Source: an uncultured Verrucomicrobiae bacterium (lineage in GTDB: Bacteria > Verrucomicrobiota > Verrucomicrobiia > Chthoniobacterales > Chthoniobacteraceae). Taken from it: DNA of 64,000 nucleotides. The stretch is from positions 320,001 to 384,000 of the forward strand of contig CAWHEP010000009.1 of NCBI GenBank assembly GCA_963828525.1, written 5' to 3'. The notes below the pieces were generated by a model. That model was not told the DNA's origin and made no database searches. It saw only the letters and a program-made list of their open reading frames with translations. A program made the translations under genes and the position numbers. Positions 43,729-54,015 of the stretch are shown here, in pieces. How positions within the stretch are numbered: position 1 is the stretch's first letter; each line of letters begins with the position of its first letter.

Positions 43729-44952
43729 ATGCTAAGAATCAGGACTTTCCAAGGTCTCCGCCCCACACCCGAATCAGCTCCCTTTGTCGCTTGCGTACCG
43801 TATGATGTTGTCGACAGAAAAGAGGCTTTGGCTTTAGCCGAGGGGAACTCCCAGAGCCTGCTGCACGTGGACAGAGCGGAGATCGATCTTCCCGCCGATA
43901 CTGATCCTTATTCCCAGGAAGTATATGCAAAAGCCCTCGAGAATTTCCGGGGATTGCAGATGAGCGGCAGCCTCGTTCGCGAATCAGAGCGTTGCGTCTA
44001 CATCTACCGGCAAACGATGGGCAACCATTCGCAGACGGGCATAGCCACCGTGTGTCACATAGAAGACTACGAACAGGACATCATCAAGAAACACGAGAAG
44101 ACGCGAAAGGATAAGGAAGCAGACCGCACCCGCCTGATCGACACTATCAGCGCAAATACAGGGCCGGTGTTTCTGACTTATCGCGATCAACCAGCGATTG
44201 ATCAGCTCGTGAAAGAGGAGACGGCATCCGCTCCTCTTTTTGACTTCACGGCCGTTGATGGGATTCGCCATACGGTCTGGCGCGGGACGGACGGGGAACG
44301 AATCGTAAAGTTGTTTGGCGAGTTGCCAGCCGCGTACGTCGCTGATGGTCACCACCGTACCGCAAGCGCCGCGAGTGTCGGACGTCAACGGCGTGAGAAC
44401 AACCCGCTGCACAATGGCCTTGAAAACTACAACTGGTTTTTGGCGGTTCTATTTCCCGCAAGCCAGCTAAGGATACTTCCCTACAATCGCGCAGTGAGTG
44501 ATCTGAACGGGCACAATGCAACCGCATTTCTTGCGGAGGTTAAGAAGCGATTCACAGTCCGGGAAGGGGCGGCAGCGGCTCCTGACAAGCCTGGTAATGT
44601 GAGCATGTATCTCTCGTCGAAGTGGTATGGATTGAGCTGGGCCGAGGACCGCGAATCCGATCCAGTCTCCCGTCTCGATGTATCGGTTCTGCAAGACAAG
44701 CTGCTTTGCCCCATACTCGGTATTGAAGACCCACGAACGAGCAAGCGGATCGATTTTATCGGCGGAATACGCGGGACACAGGAACTCACCACGAGAGTCA
44801 ATTCAGGCCGCGACGCGGTCGCTTTCTCAATGTTTCCAACTACGGTCGAGCAGTTGATGACGATCGCGGACGCAGGACAGATCATGCCACCCAAAAGCAC
44901 GTGGTTCGAGCCGAAACTCAGGTCAGGGCTCTTCATCCATACTTTGGATTAG
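43729..44952 (+). CDS. DUF1015 family protein
   Basis: PYDVV, IKKHEKT, YVADGHHR, MPPKSTWFEPKLRSGL. Confidence 0.9.
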   Translation: MLRIRTFQGLRPTPESAPFVACVPYDVVDRKEALALAEGNSQSLLHVDRAEIDLPADTDPYSQEVYAKALENFRGLQMSGSLVRESERCVYIYRQTMGNHSQTGIATVCHIEDYEQDIIKKHEKTRKDKEADRTRLIDTISANTGPVFLTYRDQPAIDQLVKEETASAPLFDFTAVDGIRHTVWRGTDGERIVKLFGELPAAYVADGHHRTASAASVGRQRRENNPLHNGLENYNWFLAVLFPASQLRILPYNRAVSDLNGHNATAFLAEVKKRFTVREGAAAAPDKPGNVSMYLSSKWYGLSWAEDRESDPVSRLDVSVLQDKLLCPILGIEDPRTSKRIDFIGGIRGTQELTTRVNSGRDAVAFSMFPTTVEQLMTIADAGQIMPPKSTWFEPKLRSGLFIHTLD

Positions 44953-44953
44953 C

Positions 44954-45145
44954 TTACTCCGTTTTCGGGGTCTGAGTGACTGGACGGTAAAGGTAAACGG
45001 TAGCCACTTCATGGTGGATAGTTTCCAGTTCCAGAGTTTGCCGAGGCTTGGGCTGAGGCGAGGTGGAGCACCCGGCGGCGGCTACAACCAGCCCGCACAT
45101 CAGGACGCAAGCAAGAAGATGCTGACCTGCGACGTTATGGTTCAT
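44954..45145 (-). CDS. Small putative lipoprotein
   Basis: Hydrophobic stretch ending VAAAG-C; follows the TPR gene on the same strand. Confidence 0.45.
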   Translation of the reverse strand: MNHNVAGQHLLACVLMCGLVVAAAGCSTSPQPKPRQTLELETIHHEVATVYLYRPVTQTPKTE

Positions 45146-45191
45146 GGAGAAAGCTCGCAGCCATGCCCTCTCTGTCAACAAGCGGTAGAAA

Positions 45192-46466
45192 TCATCGCGC
45201 CCTCAGAAAAGGAATATTCCCCAGCCAGGTCGTGAGGATGGCGGCAAACAGAGCACCGGTAAAAAGAGCCGCCGTAAGCTCCCTCGGAGCATAGCCGGCA
45301 GCACCCAGCGCGCTTGCCAGGCCTGCCGCCAGGGTGAAAGTACCTATCAGCCCAAATAGCCACTGCCCTGCCTTTGAGGCGTTCGTGAACGTAAGGCTGA
45401 AAGGGAAGATCGAAGCGCAAGAAGCCAGTCCCAAGTAGAGCATCCACTCTTTGCCAAGCATCATTGAAAGCGACGCGAAAAAAATACCGAAAACGAGTCC
45501 ACCGCCCACAAAAACCGCCTCTATCTTTTCTGCTCTTCGCAGCGCATGCCGCGCAAAACGGTCAAAGAGCAGGATGAAGTTCCCGACTCCGCGGGCCACC
45601 CACACCCAAAGGACGAAAAGAGCGTAGATGATGCTGATTCCTATGCCGACAGGAGCGAATCTTCCTGTGAAAAGAGCCCGGGAGAACCTGACACCGAAGT
45701 AAAGACCCAGCACCACAGCCCATCGCGATCTCCCGCTGAGGCGTTGCATCGCAAAGCAGTAGCTAAGGTACGCGCGATAAAGAGGCGAACGCGCTCGAAA
45801 GCTTTGCAGCAGCCCTTCTCGCGCGCCGTCGAACTCCGGATCCAGCCGCAGAGCTTCGAGGAAGTGCTCTTCAGCAACCTTCCGCTCGCCACGCTGCAGG
45901 GCAGCCCAGCCAGCGCTGGCATGGGTGTGTGGGTTTTGAGGGTCGCGCGCGAGCATTCCGGTAATCTGCCGCGCGTTCTCGGCCATCTTATTTTGCAAAC
46001 GAAGAGCCTGCGCGAGCTGGTTGGCGGCCGCGGAATTGTCAGCATCCAGCGCCAGGCCCCGGCGCGCGGCGAGCTCCGCGTCATGCCACTTCTCAAGCAG
46101 CAGGAACGCCTGGGCTTCGGCGGTAAACCCGAAGGATGAGTCAGGCGCCATCCGAACGGCGTCCTGCGCTACTTGCAAAGCTTCCGGCGCGCGGCGCAGC
46201 GAACAAAGAATGTATGCTTTCAGCGCGTGATGCGCGGCTTCAGATGGCTCGATGGCGATGGCCTGGTCGATAGTTGCGAGAGCGTCCCTATCACGCCCCG
46301 CCTGCTGAAGCTGGCATCCAGCAAGATGGTGGAAGGCCATGGCATCACGAGGATCCTGCCCCAGAGCCTCGAGGAAATACCTTTCCGCCTCGCCATAGCG
46401 CCCCTGCTCCTTCAGCAACAAGCCGCGCCGGATGTTGCCCGAAATGAGATCTCCTCCGGCATTCAT
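45192..46466 (-). CDS. TPR-repeat membrane protein
   Basis: Several TPR-like repeats (EALGQDP, AIAIEP, ALRLDPE) followed by ~6 hydrophobic helices. Confidence 0.85.
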   Translation of the reverse strand: MNAGGDLISGNIRRGLLLKEQGRYGEAERYFLEALGQDPRDAMAFHHLAGCQLQQAGRDRDALATIDQAIAIEPSEAAHHALKAYILCSLRRAPEALQVAQDAVRMAPDSSFGFTAEAQAFLLLEKWHDAELAARRGLALDADNSAAANQLAQALRLQNKMAENARQITGMLARDPQNPHTHASAGWAALQRGERKVAEEHFLEALRLDPEFDGAREGLLQSFRARSPLYRAYLSYCFAMQRLSGRSRWAVVLGLYFGVRFSRALFTGRFAPVGIGISIIYALFVLWVWVARGVGNFILLFDRFARHALRRAEKIEAVFVGGGLVFGIFFASLSMMLGKEWMLYLGLASCASIFPFSLTFTNASKAGQWLFGLIGTFTLAAGLASALGAAGYAPRELTAALFTGALFAAILTTWLGNIPFLRAR

Positions 46467-46483
46467 GGTGTTGGAATGGACAG

Positions 46484-47848
46484 CTACTTTTTGATCCCGA
46501 GAAACGTCAAAACGTCGTCGTAGAATCCACCCTGATTCGAGTACATGGCGTAGTTCCTCGCGCTCTCAAACCAGGCTCGAGTGGATGGCTTGAGGCTCTT
46601 GGCGCACTCGACCAAGTCACCAGTGGAGATTGGAATCACCCGCCCCTCTCGCATTGCCCGGGCGAGAGATCGCTCGATCGTCATATCGAAAACAGCTTTC
46701 AGGTCCGCGCCGGAAAAGTCCTTTGTTCTCCGCGCGAGAACCGCCGCGTCCAGCTTCGTCACCGGTTTATCGCGAGCCATCACTTCTATGATCGAGGCGC
46801 GCGCGACTTCGTCGGGCGGTGGGACGAAAAGGATGCGGTCAAATCGCCCCGGGCGGCGAAACGCCGGATCGATGTGCCAGGGGGCATTTGTCGCGCCGAG
46901 GATCAGGAGTCCATCGTTGCCTCCGCCCTGCCCATCCATTTCCGCAAGAAACTGGTTGATGAGGGTTCTCCCCGCGCTCCGCTTGAGGTCGTTGCGATCC
47001 GCCGCCAACGCGTCCACTTCATCAAAGAAAAGCACAGCGGGCGCGTTATCGCGCGCGAGTTGAAAGAGTTGATGAAGATTCTTCTCACTGTTGCCCAAGT
47101 AGAGGTCCAGTATCTGATGGATCCCGATTGACAGGAAGTTTGCCTTGATCTCTCCTGCGGTTGCCCGGCTGAGCAGCGTCTTTCCACAACCCGGCGGCCC
47201 ATAAAGCAGAACCCCTCCGCCAATCTTCTTCCCGTAAGCGCGGAAAAGGTCAGGATTTTTGAGAGGATAAATGATCTTCATCCTGATCTCTTCCTTGACC
47301 GAATCCATTCCTCCAACGTCGCCGAAATTTGACTTCGGAGTCTCTATATCGACTGCTTTGTCGCCATCGGCGCCTTCATCTTCAGACGAACGCCAGACGT
47401 CGGCGCTTACCGAGACCTTTTCAGGTTCGTCCCGATGCCGGCCGGGATTTTTTCTGTCGATATACAGTTCGCTTTCCAGCGCCTCATCCCTGCTCGAAGG
47501 ATCGAGCTTCAAACCGCGTTCGTAGTTCGCAACCGCCTCACCGCGGTTGGTTTCGGCCAGATTAAGTTGACTGAGAAAAACCCACGCCGGAGCAAAGTCT
47601 GGGTGCTCTCGCGTGATGACTTCAGTGCGGACGAGAGACTCTGAAGTCCTACCCGAGAGATGAAGGACCCGGGCCACACCCAGCTTCGCCTCCGCTCGCG
47701 CGGGTTCTATACCAAGGACGCGTTCGAAAGCTTTTCTGCTTTCATCCAGTGACAACTCGTCGAGGCAAGCCCGCGCCAGCAGCAGGAGAAGCGGCACATT
47801 GTCGGGAGAGACAGCGACGGCGGCACGGAGAGGTTCAAGATTGGTCAT
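46484..47848 (-). CDS. TPR-domain AAA+ ATPase (single classical AAA module)
   Basis: N-terminal TPRs; GPPGCGKT, FFDEVD, GATNAPW.ID.AFRRPGRFD, FSGADL. Confidence 0.9.
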   Translation of the reverse strand: MTNLEPLRAAVAVSPDNVPLLLLLARACLDELSLDESRKAFERVLGIEPARAEAKLGVARVLHLSGRTSESLVRTEVITREHPDFAPAWVFLSQLNLAETNRGEAVANYERGLKLDPSSRDEALESELYIDRKNPGRHRDEPEKVSVSADVWRSSEDEGADGDKAVDIETPKSNFGDVGGMDSVKEEIRMKIIYPLKNPDLFRAYGKKIGGGVLLYGPPGCGKTLLSRATAGEIKANFLSIGIHQILDLYLGNSEKNLHQLFQLARDNAPAVLFFDEVDALAADRNDLKRSAGRTLINQFLAEMDGQGGGNDGLLILGATNAPWHIDPAFRRPGRFDRILFVPPPDEVARASIIEVMARDKPVTKLDAAVLARRTKDFSGADLKAVFDMTIERSLARAMREGRVIPISTGDLVECAKSLKPSTRAWFESARNYAMYSNQGGFYDDVLTFLGIKK

Positions 47849-47976
47849 AATCGATACGATGCCACGATGTAGCATGTTATGAGCCGACGCAAGGGGACCG
47901 TGCCAACGAAAGATTGCAGGCGCTCCCGAGCTTCGCGAGAGGCCCTATGGAACCTTGTATTTAACAGCGCGGGCGT

Positions 47977-48465
47977 TTAATCCCTGAAATTTTTGTAGTT
48001 GAGAACAACGCCAAAGTCTTTGCCGCGCAGAAAAGCAATGACTGCCTGCAAATCATCGCGGTTCTTCCCGGTCACCCGAATCTGTCGCTCCTGCAGGGCG
48101 GATTGAACCTTCAGGCTCTGATCCTTGATCGATTTGACGATCTCTTTCGCTTTGTCTCCATCCAGTCCTTGCTTCACAAGCAGTTCCTGGGTCGCGTGGC
48201 CAATGGATGAAATGGCGGGATCTTTACGTTCGATATTTCGCAGATCGACATTCCTTTTTGCCAGCTTGCCAATTACTATTTCCAGCAAGCCCTTCAGCCG
48301 GCTTGCGTCCATGGCGGACAGTTTTATTTTTTCACTCTTTTCGAGTTCGATAGTCGCCGCGCTGCCCTTGAAGTCGAAACGGGTGGCAAGCTCCTTTCGC
48401 GCCTGATTCAGGGCATTATCGATTTCCTGAGTATCGACCTCTGAGACGATGTCGAATGAGGGCAT
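47977..48465 (-). CDS. yajQ: YajQ family nucleotide/c-di-GMP-binding protein
   Basis: MPSFDIVSEVD, RFDFKGS, RVTGKNRDDLQ, NFRD end. Confidence 0.95.
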   Translation of the reverse strand: MPSFDIVSEVDTQEIDNALNQARKELATRFDFKGSAATIELEKSEKIKLSAMDASRLKGLLEIVIGKLAKRNVDLRNIERKDPAISSIGHATQELLVKQGLDGDKAKEIVKSIKDQSLKVQSALQERQIRVTGKNRDDLQAVIAFLRGKDFGVVLNYKNFRD

Positions 48466-48467
48466 TC

Positions 48468-49406
48468 TTAGAAGTCGACGTGAAAACTGGCTTTGACGTA
48501 AGGCGCTCCACGAGTCGAGAAGTTTTCACCAGCGCGATCAAAGTCAAAGTATCGGGTGAAATCATATCCCCCTGAGGCCTCAAGCGTGACGATCTTAAGA
48601 TTGTAGGTCACTCCCGCTCCTGCTCTGTAATCGTAGAAATTCACGACGCTGCCACTCAGTTTTTTGAAAGCGGGATCTGGCGTGCCATCCATCCTGAACG
48701 CGCCGCCAGCGAACTCACCACCCGCAAAAATCTTCAAGTCGCGACTGGCGTTGTAAATCAGACGCGGGGCGGGCAGGATGGCTTTGAGATCCCACTTTGG
48801 ATCGATGTGCCACAGAATCCCGCCAAACGGAACGACTGGGTACTTGCGCAGGATACTCGTGGTGACTCCCAAGAACCCGATCACTTTATCCGGTACTATC
48901 ACGAAGGCGCTGCCGACGTCGGTGGGGGAGTCGAAAGCCGAGGCTCTAATCGTGTGCGAGAAGTAGAAACCGGGATGAGTCTGAATAAGAAACGCCTGGT
49001 CGCCGTTGATCAGATACTCGAGCGCAACCTCACCATTGAGACTTTGCAGCCGGTTGTCGATCGGGCCGCTATTGGAATTAAAGTCAAAGCGATCGTAGGA
49101 AGCGCCCAATCGGAAGAACCACTGCCCTCCCCTGTTCGGCCAGTCGACCCCCTTCAGCAAGAAGCGATGGCCTATTTGGATCGTGTTCTCGGCCTCGTCC
49201 TGAACGCCGAACTTCCCCTTCCCCTCATGAAATCCCGCCCCGCCTACATACGTGCTATCCACGTGAAATAAGTCACGCGGGTTCACGTCGCTCTCGCTGG
49301 AAGACATCGCGCCAGCAGTGCCGCTGGTCTCCATGATCTCACCGCCGAAGGCAACGGTGGCGAGAAGGGTCGGGATCGTGAGAAGCGCAAACAGAGACTT
49401 TTTCAT
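48468..49406 (-). CDS. Outer-membrane beta-barrel protein (DUF6268-like)
   Basis: Signal peptide, alternating aromatic strands, C-terminal Phe (FHVDF). Confidence 0.7.
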   Translation of the reverse strand: MKKSLFALLTIPTLLATVAFGGEIMETSGTAGAMSSSESDVNPRDLFHVDSTYVGGAGFHEGKGKFGVQDEAENTIQIGHRFLLKGVDWPNRGGQWFFRLGASYDRFDFNSNSGPIDNRLQSLNGEVALEYLINGDQAFLIQTHPGFYFSHTIRASAFDSPTDVGSAFVIVPDKVIGFLGVTTSILRKYPVVPFGGILWHIDPKWDLKAILPAPRLIYNASRDLKIFAGGEFAGGAFRMDGTPDPAFKKLSGSVVNFYDYRAGAGVTYNLKIVTLEASGGYDFTRYFDFDRAGENFSTRGAPYVKASFHVDF

Positions 49407-49487
49407 GTGTCACAAGCTTTAAATCAACGTATTCGGAAGGCAACGGAAAAGATTAAGAAAGCGCGGCTCCGACATGATGTTTAGGTC

Positions 49488-50792
49488 CTACTCCGTTCTC
49501 AACGCGGCGACGGCTTCCAGCCTTGCTGCCGCATACGCCGGTATAAGAGCAGCGAGGGAACAGATGACGAACGCGCTGATGCAGATGATCGCCACATCGT
49601 GGGGCACGACCTTGGCGGGTATCTCGCTGAACTGGTAAATATCCGCGGGAAAGATCTGTATGTGAAGAGCTTGCGCAAGCCACTCGCGGAACTGGTTCCG
49701 ATAGCGGATGAGCGTCATGCCAAGCGCGAGCCCGCTCGCGTTTCCAAACAAGCCCACCACCATTCCCTGCGCGAGGAAGACCCAGATGATCTGCGCCGTG
49801 GTGGCGCCCAGGGCCTTCATGATGCCAATCTCGCGCGTCTTCTGAACCGTAACGGTGATGAGGGTGTTCGCGATGCCGAAGGCGGCGACGACGACGATGA
49901 AGAACAGGCAGATGAACATGGTGTTGCGTTCCGTGCGGATGGCGTCAAAGAGCTGTTTATTCTGGTCGATCCAAGTGCCGGCATAAGCGGGCTTTTTCAG
50001 AAATGTCTGCTCCATGCGCCGCTTCACTGCCTCGGCCTGATATGGATCGACCGTCTTCACGGTGATCCCATGCACATCGTCTTCAAGACCATATAGTTCC
50101 TGGCCGATATGCAGCGGCACCAGGACGAACTCGGAGTCGTAGACATAGCGGCCAGACTCGAAAATACCCGCGACTGTCAGATCGTTTGGGGTAACCAGGC
50201 TTTTCAGATCATGCAGGCGTTTCGGATCGTTTGGATGTTTATCCAGGTCGTCGATCATCGAGCTGATCTCGCTGATATTGCCTGGCGAGAACACAGTGAG
50301 TTTGTCACCGGCGTGAATGCCAAGCGCGCTGGCAAGCTCAATACCGATGAGCGCGCTGTCTCCGTGAAGATCCGAACTGCCTTCAATGAAGCGCAGATCC
50401 TTGATTGGAGTCACTTTCTGCTGTTGATCCAGATCAATTCCTCGAATGAGAGGGGCCAGGCGGCGTCCTTCGAACTCGACAATGACGGGGCCTTGGACGA
50501 ACGGAGCCGAAGCGACCACCCCCTCTGTCGCGTCAATCTGCTTGCCGACGGCCCGCCAATCCTGGAGCACGCCGATCCCCATGTCGCCCGACGAGACCGT
50601 TATGTGCGCGTCAAAGCCGAGCACTTTCTCACGCAACTCCTCATCAAACCCGGTCATCACGGAGATGACGAGGATCAGCACAGTGATGCCGAGAGTAACG
50701 CCGAGGATCGAAATCAGCGTGATTGTGGAGAGAAACGTCCGCTTGGGACGGAGATAGCGGAGAGCCAGGAACAGGCTGAATGGAGCTTTCAA
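49488..50792 (-). CDS. Lipoprotein-releasing ABC permease (LolC/E family)
   Basis: LALRYLR, ISVMTGF, KTREIGIMKALGAT, PAYAAARL...ALRTE. Confidence 0.88.
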   Translation of the reverse strand: MKAPFSLFLALRYLRPKRTFLSTITLISILGVTLGITVLILVISVMTGFDEELREKVLGFDAHITVSSGDMGIGVLQDWRAVGKQIDATEGVVASAPFVQGPVIVEFEGRRLAPLIRGIDLDQQQKVTPIKDLRFIEGSSDLHGDSALIGIELASALGIHAGDKLTVFSPGNISEISSMIDDLDKHPNDPKRLHDLKSLVTPNDLTVAGIFESGRYVYDSEFVLVPLHIGQELYGLEDDVHGITVKTVDPYQAEAVKRRMEQTFLKKPAYAGTWIDQNKQLFDAIRTERNTMFICLFFIVVVAAFGIANTLITVTVQKTREIGIMKALGATTAQIIWVFLAQGMVVGLFGNASGLALGMTLIRYRNQFREWLAQALHIQIFPADIYQFSEIPAKVVPHDVAIICISAFVICSLAALIPAYAAARLEAVAALRTE

Positions 50793-50815
50793 ATCTGGAG
50801 GACTTTACAACGCTG

Positions 50816-51748
50816 CTAGAGAAGCGCCATCGCTCCGCACCCGATCATCCCGGCGTCCGTGCCCAAAGCCGCAGGAATGATCTGCAGCATATCATAGAAG
50901 ACGGGCATGGTGCGCTCCCGAACAGTCTGCCGCACAGGCTCGAAGATCAGTTCTCCAGCGTTTGCGACTCCGCCGCCGAGAATGATGCAATCGGGATTCA
51001 GCAACCATGCGAGGTTCGCGCACACCACGCCGATCTCCGTCCCGATCTCTTTCCATAGGCTGAGGGCTATGACGTCGCCAGCGCGCGCCGCGGCCGCGAG
51101 ATGGGCAGGTGTTGTATCGGAGGGAGCCACGAGCTTTCCCGCTTCCGCATAGGCCCTGCAGGCCCGCTGCGTGATCTGGGAATTCCCCACGTATTCTTCG
51201 AGCGCGCCAAAATTACCGTAGCTGCCCGCTGCACCGCTGTGGTCGATACTCATCTGCCCGATCTCGCCCGCTCCAAATCTGCTCCCATAGTAAAGAGCGC
51301 CATCCAGGATGAGTCCTCCGCCTACGCCCGTTCCCAAGGTGAGGCATATCACATTCCGCAACCCCACTGCGGCGCCGAATTTCCACTCTCCATACGTCAT
51401 CGCCTTTGCGTCATTCTCAATGATGACGCGCAATCCCGTGCGCTGTCTGAGGATTTCCCGCAGCGGCACCTCCTGCCATCCTGGCACATTCGTGAGGTCA
51501 TGCACGATGCCGCTCGCGTGGTCAATGATGCCAGGCAACCCGACGCCCACCGCGCGCAGGCCGGGGTGCTCTCGCTTGAGGCAAGCGATTTCATCCACGA
51601 GGGCGTCAATGATTGCCGTCGGGGAGTAGCGCTGAGTTTCAAATGTAGTTCCGCGAGCCACAATGCGCGCCCCCGCCACCACTGCGCTTTTGATGGTCGT
51701 CCCGCCAAAATCAATCCCGAGGGAAAGCATTGTTTCTTCCTGTGTCAT
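50816..51748 (-). CDS. ROK family sugar kinase (glucokinase-like)
   Basis: GIDFGGT, ENDA, TLGTGVGGG, AGEIG; the Cys-rich Zn motif is absent. Confidence 0.9.
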   Translation of the reverse strand: MTQEETMLSLGIDFGGTTIKSAVVAGARIVARGTTFETQRYSPTAIIDALVDEIACLKREHPGLRAVGVGLPGIIDHASGIVHDLTNVPGWQEVPLREILRQRTGLRVIIENDAKAMTYGEWKFGAAVGLRNVICLTLGTGVGGGLILDGALYYGSRFGAGEIGQMSIDHSGAAGSYGNFGALEEYVGNSQITQRACRAYAEAGKLVAPSDTTPAHLAAAARAGDVIALSLWKEIGTEIGVVCANLAWLLNPDCIILGGGVANAGELIFEPVRQTVRERTMPVFYDMLQIIPAALGTDAGMIGCGAMALL

Positions 51749-51897
51749 CGGGGAGGCATTACATCATGGCTGACGAGGGGAATCAATGTGAAGAACTGCT
51801 TTGCCTTGCGATGGAAAACTCCGTGAATGCAAGGCTCTCCCAAATGTCTCGTAAACTCGCGTAAATCCTGGATGCTTAAGGTCCGCCGCCGTTTTAA

Positions 51898-53157
51898 ATG
51901 ATAGTGTCGTCAACGCAAAATCGACTTTGGCAGGTCGTGTTTGGCTTGGTTGCCTTCGGGCTGCTTCTCTACTTCTCGCTCAGCCTTGGGCAGAGGGCGC
52001 TTTCAAGGCACACCGAACGGGCGTCACCGACGCGGGACACCATTCCCAACGGACTGCCGGAGCTCGCCGCGGATGCGGTATCCGGGGAGCTTAACTTAAA
52101 GGCATCACAAGGCGGCAAGGCGATCCCACACCCTGCTGGCAAGAATTGCGCGGATTTTTACAAAAACGCTTTCGTCCTGTTTAAGGCGCTCACTGAGGGC
52201 GACAAGAAGATTCTCCGCAGCCCGCGCGAAAAGATCGAGCAAGACAAGGCGGCCGCTCTGTTCGCAAGGATTCAGCCAATCATGGACATTCTTCGCCGCG
52301 CCAAAGCAGAAGGCACATATAGCGACTGGGGGACCGGCCCGATCCATTTCGACACTCCGATTCCGCAGATAAATATCGTTCAGGACTTGGCTCGTCTTGC
52401 GCGATGGGACGCGACGTATCGCTTCCCGAACGACCCAGCGGGTGGCCTTGATGATGCCGATATACAACTTCGGTTGGGCGACAGCATACGCGCCCAGGGG
52501 TTAATCGGCACACTGGTCGCCGCCTCCACCGACAGGATGACGGTGGCCCTCATCCACGATAATCTCCAAAGCCTCACCCCAGACTTGATGGATCAGGCTG
52601 CGGGGCTACTACCCTCTGGCGGAACTGGTGAGGAAATGGCGAGCGCGATGGCCCAGGAATCAGACGCGGCGAAGGCTATGATCGACGCGCTGCTCGACCC
52701 GGAATCCCGCGCAAAGATGTTGCGCGGGATTCCGGCAGTTTCCGACCTGAAGGCCCGGGAAATCGAGGCGCAATTACCGACCATTCGCGAGCAGGGGGAG
52801 TGGATTGCAGCCATAGATAAGCAGTTTGCGGCGGAGGCCATGCTGCCCGACGCGCAGTTCAAAGCCTGGTGGAACGAAATTCAGGCAGAAGCTGTTTCTC
52901 GCCCCTTCGCAGCCGAGCTCATCTCTTCTCTCTCAAGCGTTCGCGGAGCAATATTCTCTGTCGCAGTTGATCGAGCGATGTTGAACGAAGGGATGCAAAT
53001 CCTACGGAATGGCGGGGGCGCCGCGGAGACGGTGGCTGATCCTACAAACGGCAGACCATTTACGTATTTGCCAACGCTGACAGGATTCGAGCTGCGCTCG
53101 CCCTTTACTTACAAAAATAAGGCAGCGACGATGACGTTTTCAGCATCCAAACCCTAG
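51898..53157 (+). CDS. Hypothetical membrane-anchored helical protein
   Basis: 419-aa ORF, one N-terminal TM, C-terminal DPTNGRPFTY...GFELRS. Confidence 0.65.
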   Translation: MIVSSTQNRLWQVVFGLVAFGLLLYFSLSLGQRALSRHTERASPTRDTIPNGLPELAADAVSGELNLKASQGGKAIPHPAGKNCADFYKNAFVLFKALTEGDKKILRSPREKIEQDKAAALFARIQPIMDILRRAKAEGTYSDWGTGPIHFDTPIPQINIVQDLARLARWDATYRFPNDPAGGLDDADIQLRLGDSIRAQGLIGTLVAASTDRMTVALIHDNLQSLTPDLMDQAAGLLPSGGTGEEMASAMAQESDAAKAMIDALLDPESRAKMLRGIPAVSDLKAREIEAQLPTIREQGEWIAAIDKQFAAEAMLPDAQFKAWWNEIQAEAVSRPFAAELISSLSSVRGAIFSVAVDRAMLNEGMQILRNGGGAAETVADPTNGRPFTYLPTLTGFELRSPFTYKNKAATMTFSASKP

Positions 53158-53159
53158 CT

Positions 53160-53924
53160 CTACCCTGCGTTGAGCATACCGATCAGTCGCAGGCCCTCCA
53201 GCGTCAGATTTGGATGAACCCGTTCGATCTCAGGCAGTTTGGCGGCTATAAGTTTCGCGTAGCCGCCAGTGGCAATAACGCGCGGCGCCGTTTTCCCCAG
53301 TTCGGACTTTATCTGAGCCAGAATCTCTTTGACCAAGCCCCGGTAACCGAAGACCGCTCCCGCGAGCATTGCGGCGCGCGTAGATTTGCCAATAGCCCGA
53401 ACTGGTTCCAACAGATTGATCTTCGGCAGGAGCGCCGCGCGTTGATACAGGTATTCGGTCATCACCTCCAAACCGGGAGCAATCACGCCGCCGATGTATT
53501 TCCTCTCCCTGGAAATGATATCGAAGGTGACCGCAGTCCCGAAATCCACTACGATGACGGGCGCCCCGTAGATCGCGACGGCGCTTGCCGCGTTTGCAAG
53601 CCGATCAGCTCCGATTGACTCAGGTTTGGGGTATTCGATGCCCACTCCTAGATCGAGGTGAGAACCCACTCTCAAGACCGTGTGACCGGCAAAGAAGCGC
53701 GCGATGGCGCGCTCCTTTTGAGGAACCACTGACGAAATCACCGCAGTCTGATATTCGCGTCCGCCAAGTGCCTTCTTGAACCCAGGAAGAGTAAGGCTCG
53801 GCGTTGGGACTCGGAGAACACGGCCCACGCGGGCGCTGCTCGAGAAGGCCACCTTCGTGAACGAGTTGCTGATGTCTATGAGGAGGAATTCGGCAGACCT
53901 TGGAGTGACAATGCCCGGTTTCAC
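53160..53924 (-). CDS. coaX: Type III pantothenate kinase (start approximate)
   Basis: LLIDISNS, SSVVP, IGADR, VVDFGTAVTFD, GGVIAPG, ATGG, LTLEGL. Confidence 0.93.
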   Translation of the reverse strand: MKPGIVTPRSAEFLLIDISNSFTKVAFSSSARVGRVLRVPTPSLTLPGFKKALGGREYQTAVISSVVPQKERAIARFFAGHTVLRVGSHLDLGVGIEYPKPESIGADRLANAASAVAIYGAPVIVVDFGTAVTFDIISRERKYIGGVIAPGLEVMTEYLYQRAALLPKINLLEPVRAIGKSTRAAMLAGAVFGYRGLVKEILAQIKSELGKTAPRVIATGGYAKLIAAKLPEIERVHPNLTLEGLRLIGMLNAG

Positions 53925-54015
53925 TGGAGCGCAAAGTATCCCCGCCTGGAAGCTGTGTCGAGACGACTGCACTGCTCCGCGCCAGCCATTTGACAAGGTT
54001 CTGTTTAGTGCGAAC

